Assembly: GCA_003990765.1 (NCBI GenBank)
Contig: RBNJ01000265.1
Coordinates: 1 to 34,881, forward strand
Reading direction: 5' to 3'
Source of the DNA: Jimgerdemannia flammicorona
Lineage: Eukaryota
DNA length: 34,881 nt
The notes below the pieces were generated by a model. The model made no database searches, had not been told where the DNA came from, and worked only from the letters and a program-made list of their open reading frames with translations. Shown here one piece after another: positions 22,747-34,594 of this stretch. A program made the position numbers and the translations under genes. The stretch's first letter is position 1, and each line of letters begins with the position of its first letter.

Positions 22747-25700
22747 GTTACTCAGACTCTATCATTTATTACCAATCTATTACATATAATTACATTATCT
22801 CCTCAGACTACCCAATACCCCTAGAGAGCCCTCCCTCCATACTCTCCTACTTGAAAACCACCCTGCCACCCACCATTCTAACTTTTCTCTCACTCTGCCT
22901 ATAGATTTTCTCTATCAAATAGTACTACTGACCTCTCTGCAGACTCCAACCCAACCACCAGCCCATCAAGGTGTCCTCCATCAGCCCTTCCCACCTCACC
23001 AACCACTCCCCCAAACTTAAATGCTTTTCTTCCTCAAACACAAATAGCCAGTAATCTGCCAGTCTCACTCATACTACTAATATCTAACCCAAAGTCAACC
23101 ACTCTCTCCCCACCTCTCCCCACCAATCTATCTCTCAGATCTTCCCATCAACCCCACTCTCTATTTCCCCTGTACACAACATCCAACCTATTCCCAACTG
23201 CTAACCAAAAATCTCTAAGTACCTCACACTCTCTCAGCCAAAGTTCTGAAATCTGTATATATCCCCCTTCTTGTCCTATATTATAACACTTCTCATAATC
23301 AAAGTTCTCTCTCTCTACAAGATGGCCTGAGTGAAAGTTGAGCATAATATTCCTCCACAGCATGTACTATCAAACCACCCAGTACTTGGGTGACAACTAT
23401 TGCCTTATCTCTGCACTCTAGACCCAGACTCCATTTCAGTCCCACCCTTCTTCAATTTCTGCCATCTGCTAGCTGCTAGGCCATACATCCTGTCCCATCC
23501 CTCTCTAGTACTCTACCTCATTGCCAAAATCAAAATCTATAAGGAGAGCACTCCCTAGCAACACTTGATCTCATCTCTATATCACCAGACTCCATAGCAC
23601 CTCACCTTCATCCCTCTGTCAGCAAATTCCAATACAGTGAGCCCCATCTACTACTCCCTACCAGAAGCCCTTAAATCTCATTCACCCTCTATTTGGAAGC
23701 CCAACCAAGACCAGTAAATCTCCAGTAATTCCTCTTAGTGAGCATTTTATCTCCCAGACCTTCTTCATCAGAAGAACCCAGCTACTATCTCTCAGTTTCA
23801 CTGCTCTCTTCAGCCACTATGCTCTCAGACAATACAGTCTCTTTGGGAAGTCAACCAGCTCAAGGCCTCCTCTAGCCACTAGTAATGACAAGATTTCCCA
23901 GCTAATCTGACTCCTCTGCTCAGCCCAGATCTAATATTTGACCAGCTTCAAAAGCCTCTTCATCACTCAGACTGAAAAGTCCAGATATTATGCCCAATTC
24001 CACAACTTTGGAAGCCAGTAGACATTCAAAATTGCAATGTCCCTGCCAAAGACAGGTGGCAGCCTCCTCAATCTTATAGGACCTCTCTTTAGATGGCCAC
24101 TGATTTCTCTCACCAAGTGCATGGCAGAACTGACCCATACACAGAGAGATATATGCCCAAGTATCTCACAGCCTCTCCAGTAGAGACAATTGTTCCAATG
24201 ACATCCCCTCCCACCAGGCCATTATCTAACACTGTAATTTCACACTTGTACTAGTTAAGTTTAGCCCCAGAGTATATCTCATACTACTCCACTATTTCCC
24301 AGAGTTCGTCAATATCAGCAATCGACCCCAGACTAACTACCATATCATCTGCAAAGGCTCTAATCTTCCATATAATGCAAAATATAGATAGCTTCACTAT
24401 CTTCCACCAAATATTATCCAATAATAGCTCCAAGGACAGAGTATACAAAATAGAAGAAAGTGGGTCTCCCTGCAGAATACCTCTCTCCAGAGTGAATACC
24501 ACCCCTCTATACCTATTGTACAGAGTACCACTCTACTTCCTTTCAGTAGACTGATCATTACTACTTGAAACTGCTGAGGGACACTAATCCTGTCCAGAAT
24601 CTTCTCTAGCCAGACTTGCTACACATTGTTATAAGCTTTCTCCTGATCCAAGAAGACCAGTCTCCCATCAAGACCATAGGCTCAAGTCCCTTCAATAATA
24701 CCATGCACCCAGGCCATGCCATCCCTAATAAGCTGGCCCCCAACAAAACCTCACTGCTCCTCACTCAAAACTTGCTGGGCCACCTTCTGTAGCCTCACCA
24801 CCACCACCTTAGTGACCAACTTCCTTTCCATATCCAGAAGCATGATGGGCCACCAGTTCTTCCAGTCCTCCCTTCTACTCTTATTCTTATAAAGCAGTAC
24901 CACTGGCCCCAGATCTTGCTCCCCCACCCACCTTCCTGACTATAGTACCAAATCACACATCTCTATCATCTCTCCTAGTACTCTAGATACTCCCAGCATC
25001 CTCTTCCAAAAGTCCCAGAGCAGACCATCCTCTCCAGACACCATTCCCAGTATAATTGTGATAAGAACCTGACAAATCTCCTCCTTCTGAACTGGTATCA
25101 CCAAACTGTCTAACCCATCTACTTATAGTGAGTACCAATCCTCCAAAGTATACACATTGGTAGTGGCCATAGCCCCACCTTCCTCCTTACTTCACAAACT
25201 ACTCTACCTCTCCTTGAGTGAGCCCAAAATGTCCTGTGAACTATGTACCAGAAGCCTATCTGAGTTCAGTACCCCCTCTTACCTCTGCCTCACTTCCATC
25301 TCTGCCTCACTCTTCTTGCCTACAGGATCCTTAAAAGATGTTTAGAAGGTCTCTCTCCTTCCTCGAGCCCCTGTCAGCATAATTAAATAGCCAAACTCTA
25401 CACCTATATCTCCTCCTCTTCCCTCAACACCTATTGTAGCTCAGTGATCTCCATCTTAGCCTGGCTCAGCTGCTAGTCCTCCACCTCCTCCAGGATCAAA
25501 ATATCAGCCCAATTCTCCAAAAGTTGAGCCAAGAAGCCCAGCTCACTCTCTTTCTCCTCTGTCTGCCTGCCACCTTACCTATCTCTCTCCAATAAACCCT
25601 AGCAGTCTCCTTCAGCCTTACTCACCAAATACCAATTATGGTACCCTCCTGTACCCAACTCTCCACCCTCCACTAAATGTCCTCTGCCCACTTGTCCTAT

Positions 25701-25767
25701 AATACCATCTCAGCCAACAAAGAGGAATTTAGATACCAATATTCAGGCCTATCCCCACTTCCCCCAG
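22696..25767 (-). mobile_element. 5'-truncated L1/Tx1-like LINE (ORF2 RT + C-terminus), related to 14347-20431
   Basis: A48 tail; KNWWPIMLLDM, LDQEKAY, LQGDPLSSILY, AFADDMVV; copia frame KKWK|*VMNEEY rejoins across it. Confidence 0.92.
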
Positions 25768-26767
25768 TTTCCATTTCTTGCTGTCAGGGTTGGTTATAGC
25801 TTTATTATATATATTTGGCTCACTGGAAGATATCATGATATATGCATATTCATATACTTTCACATAGCTCATGTGGTTCTTATATTACTATCAAGAGCTT
25901 TTTGGCATATCCCAATTCTGAACAAGTTTCTTACTAAACATTTGAGTATTTTTTACCCTTTGTAGAGATAGAGGATTCCTTATCATTGGAGGATTTACTA
26001 CTATCTTCATTCTTGATCCCCATTATCCTTAGCTCAGGCTCAGATATGTATAGTAGTTGAAAATAATTTTAATTAACTACTGGAGAGGTGGACAATGGTT
26101 GCACTGGTTACTGCATTTGTACTGGCTAAGATATAGAGGTTTTGACTAGTACTTCCATATAGATCTCTCTTTTCTTTGAATTATACATCATAAGAAATTA
26201 CTATATACCACTTGTATAGATCTCATAGCCAGTATACTTTGCTGGAATACTCAAGAAATATATGCTTGCTTACCTTGAGTTCAAATTTATCCTATATAGT
26301 ATTGCTTTTGTCAAGGATATATACCTTGTAACTGAATATACATAGATGGGATATATTGGATTTAGATCTACTCTATAATTCTTCAGAGGTAAGATTATTA
26401 TTATTATCAGTATCTATGCTCAGAATTGAGATATGTATCAATTACATATATACACTATGGTGCTTATCACTTCAGTCCAATAAGAATATAATAGTCTGGT
26501 GGCATTGATCATTATATACATATACTATTTCTACAACCATATAGTTAAATCACTCAGCTATACCATTCTGCTGAGGTATATAGAGAGCTATTATTTGATA
26601 GATTATGCTATGTTTCATCAGGAACTGTTTGAATACATAGTTGATATATTTAAGTCTATTATCTGATCATATAGTATATATTTTACATCTAGTTTTATTT
26701 TTAGTAATTGTTTTGAATTCTTTGAATTTATCTAAGGCCTCACTTTTCACTAATAGGAAATATATAT
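25768..26767 (-). pseudogene. pol: Copia integrase core / IN-RT linker (continues at 32098)
   Basis: Decayed PDET*HN/NGIAE*FN, LDLSHLNSE(HLR-like), KFELKVSKHIFLEY motifs; EP...Y.KAITNPDSKKW. Confidence 0.7.
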
Positions 26768-28281
26768 TGTAATGGTGACCCTAGAATGATGACATTAGTA
26801 CAGGAGACAGCCTTTCCTTGCAAGTTACCAGATTAGAGTACAAGAAGATTATATGGTATATGAGATGAGCAATGATGACCAACTGTGAGTCATTGTGACC
26901 ACAGTATGAGTATCTTGAGGAATATAAAAGAAGGATCAAGGAACTATAGTAGCAGCAACCAACAAGACTCACCAATTCCAAAATAGCTCAAAGACTTACC
27001 ACAAATGAAATGCCTGCTGCCCACCAAACCTCAAGGTCAAGAAACCACCAAGGCACCTCAGTTGAAGAAAGGATATTCCAAGACATCAGAAGAGCCATGA
27101 GGACCCACTCAAGAAGGACTCCTAGTGTCAACCTGGGTACTGCAGATCCCTATCAATTTATCCTCTACTACCATGAAATGGAAACAAGGATCACCATTAC
27201 TACCAAATGCCTCCAAATGTAGCAGGAGTATGAAATAGGAAATCTCCTCTGCTAGGAGTTCCCACAGGTCAGCACTCAAGAGCTATAAGATGCCACTCCC
27301 ATAGATATACATGAGGCAAGAACAGCTAAGAAGATCCATCAGATCTTCAGGCATGCACCATGGTCAATCTCCAACTTGGAGTATGTTAAAGTCTCAGATT
27401 TCAGAGACCTATCATTCTACCATATCAATGCACTAGAAGCCAGAGTGGCTATAGAAGCTCAGTCCACTATCACCCTCAACAGTGATGAAGTAGAAGACTT
27501 CTGGCATCCCATCCTTCAGGACAACCCAGACCAATTCCTGCAAGGATTGATCTCAGTATTCCAAGGCCCAAGCATCCAGGTTAGACCTCCTCAAGACCCA
27601 TATTTGTTCCCTATTTTGTGGAAGAGAACCTCATAGACTGGAGAGCTCCAGATCTCCTTGTTTCTGTTGCTGCCGAATGTGATGATGTCATCGGCAATGA
27701 TGTCATCCCATGCAACATTGAAGCATGTGAAATGCATGATGATGACAAATTCACAGATCTCATCTCCTTCAGTGATAATGATGAAGCCTCCATGGTCCTG
27801 AACATCCTGCTCTGAGTTCTAGGTAATACTGAATAATGCTAGCACCAGTATTCTGAGATAATACTGAATAATGCCAACACTGATATTCTGAGGTAATATT
27901 AAATTATACCAACACCTAAACCTGTACAATCATCAGTACCGACTCTGGAACTTAGCAGTTTTTCCTGTCCTGGCATTTTATTTTAATTATTGGAATTTAT
28001 ATTTAGCTTTATATCTTAGCAACCATTGAATTATATTTTGTATAAATACTTCTCTTATTTTCTTTGAAATGAAGTCAGTTCCTCTCAGTACAATATACAC
28101 ACTTCCTTGCAAGCAATCTAAGAGATAATAAGACAGTTTAAAGATAAGAAGTTTGAGGACTATAAGACCTTAGAAATGCACTCCAATAAGAACTTGCTTA
28201 TAACAAACTTGAGTTAGTCTAAGAGATATACCTTGAAGAGAATCTGATATATTTGAAGAACTCAGTGACCACTATGTGACC
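26768..28281 (+). repeat. 5' LTR, family B copy 3
   Basis: Direct repeat of 30508-32097. Confidence 0.95.
27010..27815 (+). pseudogene. LTR-encoded ORF, family B copy 3
   Basis: ORF fragments 27010, 27376 and 27618 join with one -1 shift. Confidence 0.82.
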
Positions 28282-28400
28282 ACTTGGTGCCCATTGGCTG
28301 GTGATTCAAGATGAATCCCTCACTTTCAAGCTGAAAAATGAACAACCCCCACAACAACTACCCTGACTACAAGAGTCACCCCTGTAAGAATTCAAGATAA

Positions 28401-30142
28401 GATGGAAATATATCCCCCCACATTCTATGGATATACTACTGAAGAGTCAATCCTGACCTTCATTGAAGACTTTGAACAATTTGCCACTATATGAGCTCTT
28501 AGTGTGGATACACAATTAGCTCTTCTACCAGTCAGCCTCAGAGGACCTGCCAGAGATAAGTTCAATATAGCTACTATTGTTGATACTGGTGCAGCCAAAC
28601 TTACCAACATGAAGGCCTTTCTCAGAACAATATACTATACTGAAGAGATCAAGCAAGCTCTCAAGGATTAACTCAATACTATCTATCAGGGACTTAGTGA
28701 AGATCTCAACTCATTCTATACCCAAATCTGCTACCAGATTGTCTTGGCTGGCTATGATGACTGCCTCAAGGAACAAATAGCAGATTCAACCTTCCTTAAA
28801 GGAGTTCACCCTGAAATTGCCCTAGCAATCTGGTCTACCCCAGCTGTACTGACCCTTGATCAGAAAGTTGTCTTTATACAGAGATATTGGACTGCCAGAC
28901 ACTCTACTGAACACTTAATAGAGAAAATAACTGGCATCAAGATGGAGTCATCAAAGCCAACTAGTATCATACCTGCCACAGTTATAAACAGACAACCAAC
29001 TCCACCTACCCCTAAGGCAGCCAAAGCTGACCCAGTGGAGGAACTTGCCAAATAGTTTAAACTAGACAATACTACATTCAGAAAAGGAGGAAAGCTAGTA
29101 ATATCCGAATACAAGAAGTATCAAGTAATGAAGGAAGTACACAAGCAAGGATACCTAGGAGGAACTAATATATATGACAAGGCAAGAAGAACCATGTGGT
29201 GGCCTAAGATGGAAGAAGACCTGTACCAATTTGTCAAAGAGTGTGACAAGTACTAAAAACAGAAACAAGATCAGCAAGACCAGGCATCCAGGTCATCAAG
29301 AATTGAGCCTATCCCCTTCCACCACATTGCAATAGATATCATTGAGCTATTATCAGTAATACTATCAGGAAACTACTATATTATAGTTATTGTAGACCTC
29401 TTTACAAAATGAATAGAAGCAGGAGCATTACAAGAAGTCAATGTCCTCTCTATTGCTGACTTCCTGCATCGAGAAATCATCTGCCACTACAAGACACCAA
29501 AACAAATTACAACAGACTGCAGCACAGAATTTGTCAACAGATTCCATGAGAATGTATTAAAAATACAAGATTCAGCACATAAAGACTACTGCATACCACT
29601 CTCAAGGAAATGGACAGACAGAGAGAACCAATAAGACCCTCAAGAACATCCTGGTGAAGATCTCAGAGACACATGAGAATTGGAATAATTATCTCCCAAC
29701 TGCCCTCTCTGTCCTACAAGACATATAGTCACAGAGCACATACTTTACCCCAAGAAAACTGCTCTTCGGAGAAGAAGATTTTAATAGAACCTCAGCTATA
29801 AATCTAGACCTAACTTGGAGATGGGTTGATGCAGAAATCCAGAGACTACACCAAATCAGGAAGAAGGCTGAAGATTACATCATCAAGTCATAAGTGCTAA
29901 TAAGAAAGAATGCAGAAAAGAATCACAAGACCCTAGAACCCATCCAAATCAGAGAAAAGGTCCTACTGTATTGAAATATAATAGAAGTCTCATGGTTGTG
30001 AAAACTGGAGCTCAAATGAGAAGAACTCTTCTATGTATAAGATATCAAGAGAACTACCTTCTGGCTTAGAAAAATCTCAGAGACCATATTGTCTACCATA
30101 GTACATAGGAACAGACTCAAGAAGTACCATAAACCTATATAA
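28401..30142 (+). pseudogene. gag (N-terminal part) joined in frame to integrase
   Basis: ...DPVEELAK*F|KLDNTTFRKGGKLVI...VHKQGYLG...WWPKMEEDLYQFVKECDKY, IAIDII, VDLFTK, ITTD, TAYHSQGNGQTER. Confidence 0.88.
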
Positions 30143-30749
30143 GAGAAGCAAAATATAATGACCACCCATGAGGTTCTAGTCTGTAAATCATAATAGCATA
30201 TCCCTTGACCAGCAGACTATTTGTCTGAACTATTCTCTAAGGAATACAGTACCAGCAACTACTCATCCATAAGACTTTTGAAGCCAGAGGAGTTCAAACC
30301 ATCAATTGATTGGTCAAGATCAGAATTAGGCCCTTGCTCTATATGAAGAGAGCAACTCTTCACCATCATGCCAAAATACATAGAGAAGATACTAGCCCAT
30401 AAATACCACTTTTTGACCCCTTGCCAGAGGTTATGGGATCAGCAAATTTTTCAGGACTGGACCAATGAATAAGGATGATTCAAGGAGATCCTTATTCAGA
30501 AGGAAGATGTAATAGTGATCTCAGAATGATGACATCAGCACAGGAGACAGCCTTTCCTTGTAAGCTACCAGATCAGAGTATAAGAAGATTATATGGTATA
30601 TGAGATGAGCAATGATGACCAACTGTAAGTCATTGTGACCACAGTATGGGTATCTTGAGGAATATAAAAGAAGGATCAAGGAACCACAGTAGCAGCAACC
30701 AACAAGACCCATCAATTCCAAAATAGCTCAAAGACTTACCACAAATGAA

Positions 30750-31556
30750 ATGCCTGCTGTCCACCAAACCTCAAGGTCAAGGAACCACCAAGGCACCTCA
30801 GTTGAAGAAAGGATATTTCAAGACATCAGAAGAGCCATGAGGACCCACTCAAGAAGGACTCCAAGTGTCAACCTGGGTTCTACAGATCCCTATAACTTTA
30901 TCCTCTACCACTGTAAAATGGAAACAAGGATCACCATTGCTACTGAATACCTCCAAATATGGCAGGAATATGAAATAGGAAATCTCCTCTACTGGGAGTT
31001 CCCACAGGCCAGCACTCAAGAGCTATAAGATGCCACTCTCATAGATATACATGAAACAAGGATAGCTAAGAAGATCCATCAGATCTTCAGGCATGCACTA
31101 TGGTCAATCTCCAACTTGGAGTATGTTAGAGTCTCAGATTTCAGAGACCTGTCATCCCATTATATCAATGCACTAGAAGCCAGAGTGGCTACAGAAGCTC
31201 AATCCACTATCACCCTCAATAGTGATGAAGTAGAAGACTTCTGGCATCTCATCCTTCAGGACAACCCAGACCAATTCCTGCAAGAATTGATCTCAGTATT
31301 CTAAGACCCAAGCATCCAGATTAGACCTCTCCAAGACCCCACATTTGTTCCCTATTTTGTGGAAGAGAATCCCATAGACTGGAGAGCTCCAGATCTCCTT
31401 GTTTCCACCACTGCCAAATGTGATGATATTATCAGCAATAACATTATCCTGCATAATATTGAAGCATGCAAAATGTGTGACAACAATAAATTCATGGATC
31501 TCATCTCCTTTAGTGATGATGATGAAGCCCCCATGGTCCTGAACATCCTGCTCTAA
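30750..31556 (+). pseudogene. LTR-encoded ORF, family B copy 4 (268 aa, single frame)
   Basis: Fragments 30750, 31116 and 31359 share one frame and are interrupted only by point stops. Confidence 0.85.
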
Positions 31557-31571
31557 GTCTCATATTATATG

Positions 31572-31725
31572 GAATAATGCCAGCACTGGCATTTTGAGGT
31601 AACACTGAATAATGCCAGCACCAGCATTCTGAGGTAACACTGAATAATGCCAGCACTGGCATTTTGAGGTAACACTGAATAATGCCAGTACCAGTATTCT
31701 GAGATATGTAACACTGAATTATACT
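31572..31725. repeat. 35-bp tandem array in U3
   Basis: GAATAATGCCAGCACTGGCATTTTGAGGTAACACT units at 31572, 31607, 31642 and 31677. Confidence 0.92.
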
Positions 31726-32097
31726 AGCAACCTGAACCTATACAACCATCAGTACTGACCCTGGAACTTAGCAGTTTTTCCTGTCCTGGCATTTTATTTT
31801 AGTTATTGAAATTTATATTTAGCTTTATATCTTAGCAATCATTGAATTATATTTTGTATAAATACTTCTTTTATTTTCTTTGAAATAAAGTCAGTTCCTC
31901 TCAGTACAATATACATACTTCCTTGCAAGCAATCTAAGAGATAACAAGACAGTTTAAAGATAAGAAGTTTAAGGACTATAAGACCTTGGGAAGGCACTCC
32001 AATAAGAACTTGCTTATAACAAACTTGAGTTAGTCTAAGAGATATATCTTGAAGAGAATCTGGTATATTTGAAGGACTCAGTGACCACTATATGACA

Positions 32098-33900
32098 ATA
32101 TATACCTTATATATATAATTATTGATAAATGTGAGAAAGTATCTCTTTTTAGAATACATCAGTCCATATATATATATCTATATATATGAGGTTGAGGATC
32201 TCTGATATATACTTTAATTGTTCTTTGAATAGTCACTGAGATGTCTTATTTATTGTACAATCTTCATAGAAGAAATTGTTATATATATATATATGTATCA
32301 GTAATCTATTGATGGATCTACTCCTTATCATATATTTGAGGCTCATCTTGTTAATATGTCCTAAGCATTGATGATATATATTAGATACATCAGGTATAGT
32401 TGTTGTATATGTGGAGACTTTTGCACTACTCAGTATACTATTGATTATATAAAGATTGCCACATTTTGAGACTATCATTAACCTCTTATTATTATATGAA
32501 TTTACAATGTTGTATCCTTTGAATGTATATGTATCTCTTTGTTACTATAGATTATCATTTTGCCTATAGAGAAGAGGTTCTTTTCTATATCTAGAGTATA
32601 TAGTATATCTGCAAGAGTAGCAGCAGACTCAATAACATCTCTATAGAGATATATTCCAACATTTCTCTCTTCTTGAGCATAAATAACATTATTATCTCTC
32701 AACTTGATAGATATAGAGTATTCAAATGGTTGATATATAGTGAACTATTCCCTATGTGATATCATGTATTGTGTGGTCATTAATCAGATATCATTATTAT
32801 TAGCTGTATTGGTATATTCACCAGATATATAACTAGGCATATAGTTGACAGTTTTTTTATATATACTACTGATGGTACTGATATAATTACTGCTTTTTAT
32901 TAGCCCAAAAGTATTTCACTAACTAGTGCTTATAGATGATGAATTGGTAGATTTGGTGGTAGATCTTATACTAGTAGAACTAGTAGAACTGGTACTAGTA
33001 GTAGATTTGGTGGGATTTTTAATCTAAAATTATCATACTTCTCTCAATAGTTCTACTACTTCTATGTTACTAATACTTACCTTTTTCATGCTTTTCACCA
33101 CTCTCCTTGTCATTTTCTCAGTATTAATATTGGTACTTTCTATATCCATACTTGCTATAGTATTCACAATAACTATTATACTTAGTTGATTGGCTATCAT
33201 ATTATTGAGCTTGGATTTGGTTTCATTGGCTTTATTGACTATATCTTTGATCTCATTTGGCATCATATCTACAGAACTCATAGAATGCCCTTTTATTATC
33301 ATTTTCTTTAGTATTATTTCCTTGGTATATTTTCTCATTCATGAGGCTCATTATTATATAAGTATAGTCTATAAGAGTACTGCTCTCATATATGACTATG
33401 ATAACAATATTATATATATCTAGAAGTTCCCTTATAAGTACTATAATCTTATTTTTATTATTGATACAATCTATAGATATGCTGAGGGAATTCACTTGAT
33501 TCACCAGATCATTGACATGACTGATATATTTATGAATACTCTTTTTGGGCATTATTTAAAGATTGAATAGCTGAGATTTCAGATAGAATCTATTTGATAC
33601 AAATGCTTATATATGATGATTACATAGGACTTCCTATATTTTATTAGCCATATTTACATATATTATGAGCTTCATTTATAAGTTTGACAATTTAAATGCA
33701 ATCTTGCATAATACTCAGTAATTGTTTACAGAGTTATAGTCTTGAATCTGTACTTATGGCTTTGTATACTCTATCAGACTGTATTAATCAAGAAGATTCA
33801 TCATATGGAATATCCAGATGATATAATCTTTCCAATCAAAGATCAGGATGGACCTCTTGGCTATATTTATATGTACTTACAATATAGACTGCTCTCATTA
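32098..33900 (-). pseudogene. gag: Copia gag, protease and GAG-pre-integrase, heavily decayed
   Basis: YHQCLGHIN (WHxRLGH), DILYTLDIEKNLFSIGKM, KSIHKYISHVNDLVNQV...IIVLIRELLDIY; start approximate. Confidence 0.75.
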
Positions 33901-34020
33901 CTAGAATGCTTATAATTGGTATATTCATATTGCTAGGTTACTTGTTGCTTAATATTTCTAGTATATATAATTATATAATATATATTTATGAGGTGTATAT
34001 GCTATAGCTGCTTAATACTA

Positions 34021-34036
34021 GTGGGGCTTATAACCT
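34021..34036 (-). promoter_or_regulatory. Copia primer-binding site (half tRNA-iMet type)
   Basis: AGGTTATAAGCCCCAC next to the 5' LTR; resembles the GGTTATG(A/G)GCCC PBS of copia elements. Confidence 0.8.
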
Positions 34037-34037
34037 T

Positions 34038-34163
34038 TATTAAGAAAGAGAGGCATTTTTATTAAGTTTACATAGGATATATATTTCATATATTACTGAT
34101 AGATAATGTAAGACTGATGAAATCACTAATCATATATTGATATATTGGGTTGCCATCCCAATA
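34038..34163 (-). repeat. Copia 5' LTR
   Basis: Direct repeat of 20702-20828. Confidence 0.85.
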
Positions 34164-34339
34164 GAGTATATGTTGTATTATTTTTAGGTTATATATCTTA
34201 TTGAGCAAAAGTATTAGAATAGTAACTCAATATACTAGTATATAATCTTATATTATTCTATCAAATTTATATTATTCATCAGTAATATAGAGAAATATGT
34301 AACTTACACAACTTTAATAAAATTGCCTCTTTCACAATA
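34164..34339 (+). mobile_element. End of 3' UTR, PPT and 3' LTR (34212-34339) of the plus-strand copia
   Basis: 34166-34211 resembles the reverse complement of 20829-20875; 34212-34339 is a diverged inverted copy of the copia LTR. Confidence 0.75.
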
Positions 34340-34594
34340 ATTATTAGCTAGAATAGTATTAGAGTCATCATTCCATCTATTGGCTTAGTAATTTATATTA
34401 ATTTATCTAATGAAGTTAGTAACTTATTTATTATTAAACTGAGATAGTTGAAGAGTTTTTATAGATTAATTTACTTCTGTAGTTCTTTCTAAGAAGGCAA
34501 CCAGAGTGGTCACTTGTTCTATCAATCAGACAATTACTGTATCTATTATTTTTTCTTTAGTTAGTAATAGTGTTCTTACTAGAAGTCTTGATAT

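Larger units (their letters stand above)
26768..32097 (+). mobile_element. Family B gypsy with two LTRs, internally deleted (no PR/RT/RH)
   Basis: LTRs 26768-28281 and 30508-32097, PBS 28285, PPT AGAAGGAAGA 30498-30507, TSD ATAT at 26764-26767 and 32098-32101. Confidence 0.95.
30508..32097 (+). repeat. 3' LTR, family B copy 4
   Basis: TGTAAT...ATGACA; TATAAATA 31857, AATAAA 31884, TCAGT 31891. Confidence 0.95.
20702..34163 (-). mobile_element. Ty1/copia element, full span, heavily decayed and interrupted by a LINE and a gypsy
   Basis: ~126-bp LTRs at 34038-34163 and 20702-20828; PBS GGTTATAAGCCCC; gag-PR-IN-RT-RH order on the minus strand. Confidence 0.9.

Noticed and set aside
26781..26981. 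Recurrent minus-strand ORF in the B LTRs (also 9239, 30521)
   Set aside because: It recurs only because the LTR is repeated; it is short and has no counterpart in family A.
31572..31725. CRISPR-like palindromic repeats
   Set aside because: No variable spacers; the array is part of the LTR U3.
34340..34594. Possible decayed coding relic
   Set aside because: Too degenerate to assign.
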